DNA from: a virus
Taxonomy: Duplodnaviria; Caudoviricetes
Length of the DNA stretch: 59,966 nucleotides
Strand: one strand, 5' to 3'
Virus record (IMG/VR): IMGVR_UViG_3300031451_000149
Location: 1 to 59,966 of that record
Shown: in pieces, positions 1-8,500 of the stretch
Numbering within the stretch: position 1 is the first letter of the stretch
How the letters are laid out: every line of letters begins with the position of its first letter
Made by a program: the position numbers and the translations under genes
Notes under the pieces: generated by a model
What the model saw: the letters and a program-made list of their open reading frames with translations, nothing else
What the model was told of the DNA's origin: nothing
Databases searched by the model: none

Positions 1-384
1 TCACGCGGCGTCCACGCGGTTGGACGCCGTGAACAGCCCGTCCAGCCCGTCCACGGGTGGCGGCTCATCGCCAGGCTTGCCCACCCATTGCAGGCGCGAC
101 TGTGCGACCGTCACTGCGGCGCCGGCTGGGATGGTGAGCGTCGGGATGCCGTCTGCTCCCATGCCCTCAACGGCGGCGGGACACCGCAGGCTCGGCATGA
201 GGGCCGGATCGGGCGGCGGGCCGGGATTGGCCAGGGCATAGTGGTAGACCAGGCCATCAGGTTCCGTGACGGTGATGGTGTCATGCGTGACCACGGGCGG
301 GCGGGCACCGCTGAGGTCGTGCCGGTAGTAGCCTGGCTCCGCAGCCACGCCGAAGCAGGCGTATCCGATGGATTTGTTGCTCAT
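1..384 (-). CDS. Hypothetical protein
   Basis: 127-aa ORF with GGAGG RBS, co-directional with the lysis genes; stop codon at 1-3. Confidence 0.7.
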   Translation of the reverse strand: MSNKSIGYACFGVAAEPGYYRHDLSGARPPVVTHDTITVTEPDGLVYHYALANPGPPPDPALMPSLRCPAAVEGMGADGIPTLTIPAGAAVTVAQSRLQWVGKPGDEPPPVDGLDGLFTASNRVDAA

Positions 385-397
385 GCGAGCCTCCGTG

Positions 398-787
398 TTA
401 GCCAGGGATCGGCGTCAGCATCGGCCCGGTCGGCGCGGACGGGTCCGCAGCAGCCGGCGCGGGCCGCACAGTCCCTTCCGGGGCAGTCGCCAGGGCATCC
501 AGCGCCGCATTCAGTTTCGCCGTCACTTCGTCCAGCCGCGCCTGCATGGCGGCATCCTCCGTGGCGCGCAGCGCAGCGGCGTGTTCCCGTTCGGCTATGC
601 GCGCTGCCTCCATAGACGCCAGGACAGTGACGGTCCTATCCGAGGCAGCGGCCAGATTCTTGAGTTCGAGGGACACTTGCTCAATCCTTCCAAGGGTTGT
701 GAGATGCGCTTTCTGCGAGGTGCGGGCAGGCCAGGGCGGCCCCCAGCCGGAGAACCAGCCAGATAGCCAGCCAGATAGCCAGCCCAT
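398..787 (-). CDS. Hypothetical coiled-coil protein with Trp-rich N-terminal repeat
   Basis: MGWLSGWLSGWFSGWG followed by an Ala/Glu/Leu heptad-rich region. Confidence 0.7.
   Translation of the reverse strand: MGWLSGWLSGWFSGWGPPWPARTSQKAHLTTLGRIEQVSLELKNLAAASDRTVTVLASMEAARIAEREHAAALRATEDAAMQARLDEVTAKLNAALDALATAPEGTVRPAPAAADPSAPTGPMLTPIPG
743..784. repeat. 12-bp tandem repeat CCAGCCAGATAG (about 3.5 units, first degenerate)
   Basis: ccagccggagaa ccagccagatag ccagccagatag ccagcc; encodes the GW(L/F)S repeats. Confidence 0.85.
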
Positions 788-812
788 CAGGCGGGGGCCG
801 TCCGGGGTCGGG

Positions 813-1520
813 TCATCGGGGCACGTCCGCGGCCGGCACTAGGGCGGCGGGCGGCGGCAGCAGCAGGGCAGCGGAGCGCGGCAGCAGCGACACCGGCACG
901 CTGTTGGCGATCACCTTGTCCTTGCGAGCCGACCCGGCGGATGAGCCGACCCAGAACTGCACGACGGCGCCGGCCATGGACGCGAGCGAGCCGAGCAGCA
1001 CGTTGGCCAGCGACTGCGACCCTTCCGGCACCTGATGGAACAGCACGACGCAGGACAGCGTGCCGAACGCCAGCAGCACGATGACAGAAACCGTGGGCGC
1101 CCCCCAGGAAAGCAGGCTGCCCGACGCTGCCAGCGCCACCGTTTGCCGCCGCGCATCCGCTACGTCCTGCAGAAGCGCGTCCAGCCGGTTTTGCGTCGCC
1201 ACCTCCCGCGCCGTGTCGCGCTCGGCTGCGATCTGCGCCAGGTCCAGCCGCAGCTTGCCGGCCACCGCAGGATCGGCCAGCGCCGCCACCTGCCCGTCCG
1301 GGTCCGCCGTGCCCGTGGCCGTCACAACAGCAGCGCGCACGGCGTCTATCGTGTCGCCCGCGCCGGGTCCGAACAACCACCGCCCCAGCTCGGGCGCCAG
1401 CGACAGCACGGCCCCGCCCGCGGCACCCAGCGCCGTGCCGACGCCCGGCACCACGGAGCCTGCCGCAGCGCCCCTGGCCGCGGCCAGGGCAGCGTCGTGC
1501 GTCATCTTGAGCAAGTCCAT
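813..1520 (-). CDS. Holin-like membrane protein
   Basis: ADARR motif, two C-terminal TM helices, FWVGSSAGSARKD tail typical of phage holin-like proteins; directly after endolysin. Confidence 0.7.
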   Translation of the reverse strand: MDLLKMTHDAALAAARGAAAGSVVPGVGTALGAAGGAVLSLAPELGRWLFGPGAGDTIDAVRAAVVTATGTADPDGQVAALADPAVAGKLRLDLAQIAAERDTAREVATQNRLDALLQDVADARRQTVALAASGSLLSWGAPTVSVIVLLAFGTLSCVVLFHQVPEGSQSLANVLLGSLASMAGAVVQFWVGSSAGSARKDKVIANSVPVSLLPRSAALLLPPPAALVPAADVPR

Positions 1521-1521
1521 G

Positions 1522-2094
1522 TCAGGTCCGCCCCGCCCGAATGGCCGCTAGGCTGGCTTTGTTCAGACGGTCGGCCTCGCTTTCCGGCGGTGTCACCACG
1601 CCAGTGCCGGCGTGAAGCTGCTGCTGAATGGGCGGCAGCGGCTTAGCGCCAGACGGCGGGCGCAGCTCAATACGATAGAACGAGTGCGCGCCGATCACGG
1701 TCGCGGGCGTCTTGCCGCGCGCCCAGGCCGGCGAACACAGGTGCATGTTCGCGTAGTGGTCGCTGTTCGCGGTCCGATCCACGAGTGTCCCAGCCAGCGC
1801 CGACGCGGTGATGCCGACCGCCTGCCGGAACAGAGCATCGGCCATGGTGACAGCGTGGATGCGTGCGAGCTGCCCCCCCGCAGACTCCGGCAGCAGGCAC
1901 GAGAACTGCCACGGCCCCACGAGCACGCCCAGAAGGTCGCGCCCCCACCATCGCGGGTTGGCGGCACGGTTGCATATGACGCTGGCGACGGCCTCCATGC
2001 CGGCCTGGCCCTGGCTGCGGGCCTCTGCCCACACGATGCGGGCGAACAGGTCCGGGGTGTCGAACGGCGGCGGGGTGGCGGGCCAGGTGGTCAT
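1522..2094 (-). CDS. Endolysin, SleB-like cell wall hydrolase (Hydrolase_2)
   Basis: ARIVWAEARSQG...AVASVICNR...PWQFSC...PAWA...IGAHSFY motifs. Confidence 0.9.
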   Translation of the reverse strand: MTTWPATPPPFDTPDLFARIVWAEARSQGQAGMEAVASVICNRAANPRWWGRDLLGVLVGPWQFSCLLPESAGGQLARIHAVTMADALFRQAVGITASALAGTLVDRTANSDHYANMHLCSPAWARGKTPATVIGAHSFYRIELRPPSGAKPLPPIQQQLHAGTGVVTPPESEADRLNKASLAAIRAGRT

Positions 2095-2201
2095 GCCCCG
2101 CCTCTCTCAAGTGCCAACGGCACTGCGCCCGACAAAAAGGTATATCGCATGACGTGTATCCTATAGTATAAACGCATCAGCTAAATATGGAGAACTAGGC
2201 T

Positions 2202-2396
2202 ATGACCGCATCTTGACTGCGCCGGTGCAAACAATGCAAAACCGAGAAGCCAATATCCGAGTTCCTGCAATTCGCAAGTAAGAGTACAAAGGTTTTGTTC
2301 TGCAACATATGTTCGCAAAGTAACATGCGAAGGTATTGGGCGATGCGATCTGCGGTGACTGACCCGGCGAAAATGGCAAGGGACGCTAAAGAATAA
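2202..2396 (+). pseudogene. Degenerate zinc-finger gene, probably the N-terminus of an HNH/endoVII-type endonuclease, with in-frame TGA at codon 5
   Basis: GGAG RBS, ATG 2202, MTAS*LRRCKQCKTEKPISEF...CNIC...; AT-rich island antisense to the late operon. Confidence 0.55.
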
Positions 2397-2403
2397 GAAG
2401 AAA

Positions 2404-2934
2404 TCAGACGCCCGGCATCGCAGAATGCGGCCTGACAGCAGCATTCTCAAGCGACGCGCCCACCCGCTTCCGCCACGCCCAGAAGTGCAGCAGCCGGCAC
2501 TCACGCATGGCACCGCCCTCGGTGTAGCTGACCATCCTGTCCGGCGTGATGCTGTCCACGATGCGGGTCGAATGCAGCACCGCCCCGTCAGGCGCCAGCT
2601 TCGGCACCCAAGGACCGAAGCCGGGCTGATGGATGGGCGGCAACATGGTCAAGCCCGCCGCGTGGACCACCTCCTTGGCCCGTTCCAGGCTGACGGGGGC
2701 CACTTCGCCAGGCATCAGCACGGTGCAGCCTTGCGACACCGCCATGGCAATGACCTCGGCGAGCGTCGGAACCGGCACGGGCGGCTCAATGCCCGGCGCG
2801 AACAGCGTCCAGCCGAGTGCCCGCAGCATCGGCGCGGCAACCCGCGGGTCGGCCGGGTCCGGCGTGCCGGGGTCGGATATGCGATGGCCAGACGAGCGCA
2901 GCCAGCCGGCGCACCAGCGGTCAATGAAGGTCAT
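2404..2934 (-). CDS. Hypothetical protein
   Basis: Start re-assigned to MTFIDRW (GAAAGG RBS). Confidence 0.7.
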   Translation of the reverse strand: MTFIDRWCAGWLRSSGHRISDPGTPDPADPRVAAPMLRALGWTLFAPGIEPPVPVPTLAEVIAMAVSQGCTVLMPGEVAPVSLERAKEVVHAAGLTMLPPIHQPGFGPWVPKLAPDGAVLHSTRIVDSITPDRMVSYTEGGAMRECRLLHFWAWRKRVGASLENAAVRPHSAMPGV

Positions 2935-3000
2935 GGGTGGCCTTTCGGGATTTGGGGTTGCCCTAGACCGGGCCGGTTTGCAGACGATCAAAGGCGCGTT

Positions 3001-3504
3001 TTACGGCGCCTCAATCCGCACCTTAAAGGACTTGCTGAACCGAGGCCCCCCGCCTATCGGACCAGTGCAGGTGTCTAGCGCTTGACCCTGGTAATACCAG
3101 TCGTCTGGCTCAAGACCTTCGGGCAGCGGCACAAGCAGCCGGTAGGTGGTCACCTTGCCGATCATCGGCGGGCTGTGGGGCGTGCTAATAATTTCCTTCC
3201 ACACCCTGCGCTTGCGCGGGTCGAGGTCCGGCAGGGGGTCGAGAGGATCATAGCGCCATAGCCAGCGCGCTACGGTCGTCAGGCACGGCCTATTGTCGAT
3301 CTTTGTGACGATTAGGCTCAAGTGCCCCCCGGACACCGCCGTTGCGTCCTCTTCGTAGGTGTCATAAACGATAACTGGCGGCTGTTTCATCATCCACCAC
3401 GCGCCGACAAAGCCGGCTGGGCCGGTGAGTAGTATGACCAGCAACAGTATCCATATCTGCTTGGCAGACATAGAAAGCGCCCACTTCTTAGTTGCCTCTA
3501 TCAA
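3001..3504 (-). CDS. Membrane-anchored protein of lysis region
   Basis: N-terminal hydrophobic segment IWILLLVILLTGPAGFVGAWW followed by a beta-rich domain with 2 Cys. Confidence 0.75.
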   Translation of the reverse strand: MIEATKKWALSMSAKQIWILLLVILLTGPAGFVGAWWMMKQPPVIVYDTYEEDATAVSGGHLSLIVTKIDNRPCLTTVARWLWRYDPLDPLPDLDPRKRRVWKEIISTPHSPPMIGKVTTYRLLVPLPEGLEPDDWYYQGQALDTCTGPIGGGPRFSKSFKVRIEAP

Positions 3505-3896
3505 TGGGGTCCTCCTCCCTTGATTGAAAAGAATGCCCCTAGTGCTCCTAGGATGCTGGCAATGATCGCGCCTGCGATGCCGTGGACCAGTCCTTTGCGG
3601 GTTTCGCTGCCGGCCTCTATCGTCTTACGCCGCAGGTCCCGTGCGAAGGCGATTGTGTTACGAAACTCTTCCGTGCCTTCGCGGCTGCTGAGGTCAATAC
3701 CAAGAATATCTGCGCCGTTCACGACGCGCCGCAGCCGGTCCAGGCCGGCGTCAGTGCGGACGTTGAAGCCGAGCCGGTCCCAAAACTGCGCGCTATCCTC
3801 CGCTGCGATCTTCCTAGTGGCCTCGGCCAACCGGGATGCTGCGGCGATCCTTTGATCATCCTGGCGCTGCTCTGGGCTGTAGTCATCGGGTGGCAT
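3501..3896 (-). CDS. Membrane protein with C-terminal TM helix (lysis region)
   Basis: GLVHGIAGAIIASILGALGAFF; overlaps start of next gene. Confidence 0.75.
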   Translation of the reverse strand: MPPDDYSPEQRQDDQRIAAASRLAEATRKIAAEDSAQFWDRLGFNVRTDAGLDRLRRVVNGADILGIDLSSREGTEEFRNTIAFARDLRRKTIEAGSETRKGLVHGIAGAIIASILGALGAFFSIKGGGPH

Positions 3897-4040
3897 TGCG
3901 GTCCCCCATCAATGAGCGGCTGGGCCGCAGGGCAGGCGGGCGCGGCGAAGACAAGCCGCAGCATCGGGTCATGGACCCTTTGAGGGCGCGCGGGTTAGCG
4001 TGGGGTCAACCATGGGGCGCTCCTTCATCGTATGGGGAGG

Positions 4041-4077
4041 GCTGGGCGGCACTGGTTTCCAGCAGTTGCCGCCCAGC
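4041..4077. terminator. GC-rich stem-loop between tail/fibre genes and lysis genes
   Basis: GCTGGGCGGCA (4041-4051) / TGCCGCCCAGC (4067-4077) inverted repeat; no clear U-tract. Confidence 0.45.
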
Positions 4078-4085
4078 TTGCCGCC

Positions 4086-4649
4086 TTAGACGACCGGCGC
4101 GTTGGGATCGGCCGGCACGGTCTGCGTCGGATCGCTGAACAGCGAGCTGCCGGGGGCGACATTGGCATCAGTTGCCGGCGGTGCCTCTGAAGCCGGCGCC
4201 GCTGGATCGGCGCCGACGGCCGCGGGGTCGGCCGGTGCCGGCAGGCCAGCCACCGGGTCAGCCACGGGCGGCACCGGGTCGGCGGGCGCGTCCACGCCCT
4301 GCATGTCGGCCGTGGCCGCTTCCACCTTGGCCGTCAGTGCAACCAGCGTCGCCTCGGCGCCGGTGGTGTCCAGGGCCACGATCTTGGCGCGCAGGTCCGC
4401 CAGCTCGACCAGCGTCGAGGTGTTCTGCGCGATCACGCGCTCCTTCATCGCGGCCTCGGCGGCGGTGAGGGCGTCAACCTTGGCGCCGAGGTCGGCGACG
4501 ACGGAGTTCAGGTGTTCGGACATGGCGTTGATCTTTCTGAGGATAGGTTGCGTGACAAGCAGGTGAAGCCGCTGCTGTTCGGCATCGGCGTGGCGCTGCA
4601 ACTCCGCAACAAAGCGGGTCGCGAGCGCGGCCAATAGGGAAGGGATCAT
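4086..4649 (-). CDS. Hypothetical coiled-coil protein with Pro/Ala-rich tail
   Basis: AGGAG RBS before MIPSLL; heptad region then PADP repeats. Confidence 0.75.
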   Translation of the reverse strand: MIPSLLAALATRFVAELQRHADAEQQRLHLLVTQPILRKINAMSEHLNSVVADLGAKVDALTAAEAAMKERVIAQNTSTLVELADLRAKIVALDTTGAEATLVALTAKVEAATADMQGVDAPADPVPPVADPVAGLPAPADPAAVGADPAAPASEAPPATDANVAPGSSLFSDPTQTVPADPNAPVV

Positions 4650-4688
4650 CGGGTTGCTCCTGTTGCGGAAAATCGAGGGCCTGCGCGC

Positions 4689-4727
4689 TTGACAACATGC
4701 ACCACTTGCGCGCATGAGTGGTGCATG
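4689..4727 (+). promoter_or_regulatory. Sigma70-type promoter with overlapping 11-bp inverted repeat (candidate RHH operator)
   Basis: TTGACA at 4689-4694; CATGCACCACT 4696-4706 and AGTGGTGCATG 4717-4727 are perfect reverse complements; ATG 4725 has no RBS, so likely leaderless. Confidence 0.7.
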
Positions 4728-4907
4728 AGCAAACCTGCCCCGCCAGAGCTTATGTTTCGCAAGAGCGTCACCCTGCCCGTTTCTATGTGGCTGGACGTTG
4801 CTGCGTTTCGTCAGGTTGAGCAGATCGGCTCAGAGATGGAGACCCTGCGACGGCTCATACGGGCTGGTCTGCTGGCTGCTAAGAAGAGCCACCCGCCACC
4901 CGCATAA
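4725..4907 (+). CDS. Ribbon-helix-helix DNA-binding protein
   Basis: RKSVTLPVSMWLDVAAFRQVEQIGSEMETLRRLIRAGL matches the strand-helix-helix pattern of Arc/CopG-like proteins. Confidence 0.75.
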   Translation: MSKPAPPELMFRKSVTLPVSMWLDVAAFRQVEQIGSEMETLRRLIRAGLLAAKKSHPPPA

Positions 4908-4942
4908 GCCGGGGCGGTAACAAACAACCAAGGAGACGAACG

Positions 4943-5581
4943 ATGCGTGCAGCACTGATGGCGGCGACGGCGGCGATGGCGTGCGGGCTGGCGACGGGGG
5001 CGCAGGCGGCGGTTGTGACCGTTAGCACGCCTTTGGGCGGGTTTGACCGCGATACTGGGATTGCCGATGTTCAGGTCCCATCCTTCAACAGGGCGCTGGG
5101 CACGCTGACGAGTGCCACCATCAACACCAACGCCTCGTTCTCCGAAGTCATCACCGTCCGGGGACAGGGCACCGACCCTACCCCGACTTTCGGGACGTTC
5201 ACCACGATCTTTGAGGCTTACGTCCTGGGCACGCGGCCCAGCCCGTCCTTCCGGGCGCCGTCGCAGTCCATAACCGCTGCGCTGCCCGGCACGGTCAGGG
5301 CCAACTTCAGCAACAGCTTCACCATCCCGGCGGCGGGCGTCCTTTCGGACGGGGGGTCAGTGTTCGTCACCTACACCGCCTTCCTGACCCCCACCGCCGG
5401 GCTGACGCTTGGCGACATCATCTCCCACGATATTAGCGCCACCGGCACCGTGTCAGTGGCCTACGACTACACCCCCACTGGCACTGCCGTGCCCGAGCCG
5501 GTCAGCATCGGCCTGCTCGGAATTGGGCTGCTGGGCCTGGCAGTGCGACGGCACGCCTTGCCCGCTACGCGATCACACTGA
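4943..5581 (+). CDS. PEP-CTERM sorting-domain protein (choice-of-anchor E-like)
   Basis: AAGGAG RBS; Sec signal peptide ending AQA-A; PSFNRALGTLTSAT motif; Thr/Ser-rich body; C-terminal VPEPVSIGLLGIGLLGLAVRR. Confidence 0.9.
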   Translation: MRAALMAATAAMACGLATGAQAAVVTVSTPLGGFDRDTGIADVQVPSFNRALGTLTSATINTNASFSEVITVRGQGTDPTPTFGTFTTIFEAYVLGTRPSPSFRAPSQSITAALPGTVRANFSNSFTIPAAGVLSDGGSVFVTYTAFLTPTAGLTLGDIISHDISATGTVSVAYDYTPTGTAVPEPVSIGLLGIGLLGLAVRRHALPATRSH

Positions 5582-8500
5582 CCGGATAGCGCCAAGCGGC
5601 AATCGTGCCGTTCGGCGCCGTCACCTGGACTTTCGGGGTGTCCACCCGATTGCCGACCAGGCCAGCCGTTCCGACCCGAAGTTCGGCTGTCTTACCGTCC
5701 GCAGAGGGCACCACCTCGTAGCGTCCGTCCGGGGGCCACACCGCACCGGCGAAGAACTCCGATGCGGTGCTGATCGCCCATGTGCCGCCGTTGACAAATG
5801 GGTTCACCCGGATGTCATTTGGGACGTTGTAGACCTTGAACAGATCGGCGCCATAAGGCGTCAACGTAGCCAGCACTGTGCCAGGCGCGGCAGATGCCGA
5901 TACCCGGATATCCTTAACAGATGGCGTGATCTGCAAGCCGTCCATGTAGGCATAGTTATCGTTCCCGTAATAAAACAGGTAGTTGTAGCGGCCCGGAACC
6001 TCGGCCGGCGGATTGGCGGTGCCGCGATCGGCGAAGTTCAGCGCCGGCGGCACTGATAGCGTCGTGCTGTTGGTTTCGGTCCAGCCGCTGCCGAAGTCGG
6101 GGTCTCCAGCGTTGTTGTACGCTTCGATCTTCTTCTGCGTGCTGGGATTGGAGAAGAACCAGCTATTCCTGTCAGCGACGATTTTGCTGTAGGCCCCGTC
6201 TATGGTGCTCTTTCGGCCGAAGTGCGTGATACCGCGTCCTGAACCATTGTGCGATCCGTCAATGGCGCAGATGAAGAACACGTTATCGACCAGGGTAAGC
6301 AGGTCGTGCCGGTCCCTACTGTAATCGTCTTCGCCGTAGCCGATGCAGTTCGGGTTCTGTTGCGTCGGCCCTTTGTGAAACACGTTCCGCGCCACCAGGT
6401 ATGTCCCCAGCACGGGGATATTAAGCTGCGCCGACGCGCTGCCTCCCGCGCCGTCCGCAAGCGTGCTATCGGTGATCGTACCGAGCTGGCACCGGGTCTT
6501 GAGGCAGTGGCCGACGTTGTTGTTATAGGAAAGATTGTTGGTGTAGACCAGCTCATAGGCGTCAATGTAGGCTGCGTGGGTCTGACCCGAACCCTGGGTG
6601 GAACCGCCGTTGTTAAAGAAAACGCAGTTCTTGATCGTGATGCGGTTAGGTCCGCCGCCGCCTTCCATGCCGTTCGAGTTATTGTCGAACTGACAGTTGT
6701 CCGCGGTCACGTCGCCATTGTTGCCACCGTTGATCCGCAAAGCCGTGCGACCGCCGTAAGTCCTGTCCGGTGCCAAGTCGCCGAAGCAGTGCGAGAAGCG
6801 GATGCCCTCGAAGATGATGTCGCCGCCGTTGCACAGCACAGCCGCCTTGTCCTGGTTTAGGTTATATCCGAACGTGTAGGAGTCCGTCCGGCCGCCTAGG
6901 CGCGTGCGCCGACCGTTCGGCCCGCCGATGTTCCTGATACGGAGCGGGCCGTGCATCATGTCGCGGTAGCTGGTGCCGAAATCGTCGGCGAAGTAGTTGT
7001 CGTCGCCGCCGTCATCCAGGTCAATGACCCCGCCGGCATAGGCCGGGTCCGGCAAGCTATAGCCTGCGCCGATAAGCGGATAAAGCGTATCGAAGTGCGC
7101 GTGGTAATGGTCGTAGCCGGGCTTCGTGCTGGCGTTGCCGGGGCCGACGTAGACCTTGGCATTCGGGTTGACGAAGAACGCCACCGGCACGCTGAATGCT
7201 TCGCTGGCGGTGTTGATGCCGTCCGAGCAGGTCAGGATGAAGGTGTGCCCGTCCGCTCGTGCGGCGGGCTGCTTGACGAATGCCGTGGCACCCGTAGCCG
7301 TGTCGCAGTCAATCTGGCCGTAAACGCCGATCTTGCCGGCCGGGGAACTTATGGTCCAAGCCTTCGTGCCAGTAATGCCCGATGCAGTCGGCGTGCCAAG
7401 GCCGGGCGACATCATGTTGTTGTTCAGGTTCTGCGGTATGTTCAGCAGCTTGACCGACCCGGCCGAACCCGCCGCAATCAGGTTGCCCTGTGGCACCGGG
7501 ATCGTCAGAGCGTCAGTGCGCGAAGTGCCGCTAGCAGCGTCGGTTGTGGTGACGCTGATGCTCTTGTCGCCCAAAGACAATGGGCGGCTCGTTGTTAGGT
7601 AGCCGTCGCCGCGCATGTAGAACGACGCTGCATCTGCCCCGGCGATGGCGTAGGTCTGCAAGATGCCGGGGGCTTGGAAAATCTGCGTTGGCCCGACAGT
7701 TGCAACTCCAGCGCCCAGCACGGGATAGCCTGTTGGAACGCTAGTGCTGACTTGGCGCGGCGTAACAGTCAAAGGAGCCAGAACGGGAGCGGGCAGCGGC
7801 GTCGGATCAATTACGATGCTGTCAATCAGGGTGCCGCTGGGATATGCAGCCGTGCCAATAGAGAGCTGGCCCCAAAGTGCAGCCGGGTCCGCTGTGAGAA
7901 TGTGGGCAACCTTGCCGTCCACTAGCAACAGGGCGGTATCGCTGTCGATTGACACGCCGAAAGAACGGGACGGAGATATGTCAATTTCGAGGAAAAGGCC
8001 GTTCGGCCCATTTAGTTCCATCTTATTGTTACTGGCAAGTTGCCAACCATAGCTGCCGAAACCCAAGTGGGCCGACTTGCCGTTCGTCCCGGCGGCATAG
8101 TTAACGGTCACGGTGCCATTTCCGACTACGCCGTTGCCGGACAAAAATGCAACGGCTCCGTCATTGGTGCCGAGGTTCAACGCCCCTGACCCTGTGAGCG
8201 TGATACCCGAGGTGTTGCCGTAAGCGTTGGTTAGCGCCTCGACACCTGTGGGCACTCCCGCCGCACCGTTAAACGACAAGGTGCGCGCCGTAGTAGCGGG
8301 GGCCGGATGAGCAGCAGCGTATGCAGCAGCGGCCTGTGCGGCAGTTAGAGACTCAATCTTGGAAACAAGGGCCGGCGTCGATCCTATGGAACGAAAACCG
8401 AAGAAACCGGCATTCGGGAACTGAGTATTGCTGATTGTAACCAAGCTGACGCCGTCAGCAACAATCTCCATTCGTGCATCGGTGATGTTCATGTCCCAAA

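Noticed and set aside
3969-4013. 14-codon ORF MVDPTLTRAPSKGP behind a strong AAGGAG RBS
   Set aside because: Too short to support; may be a gene remnant or coupling peptide
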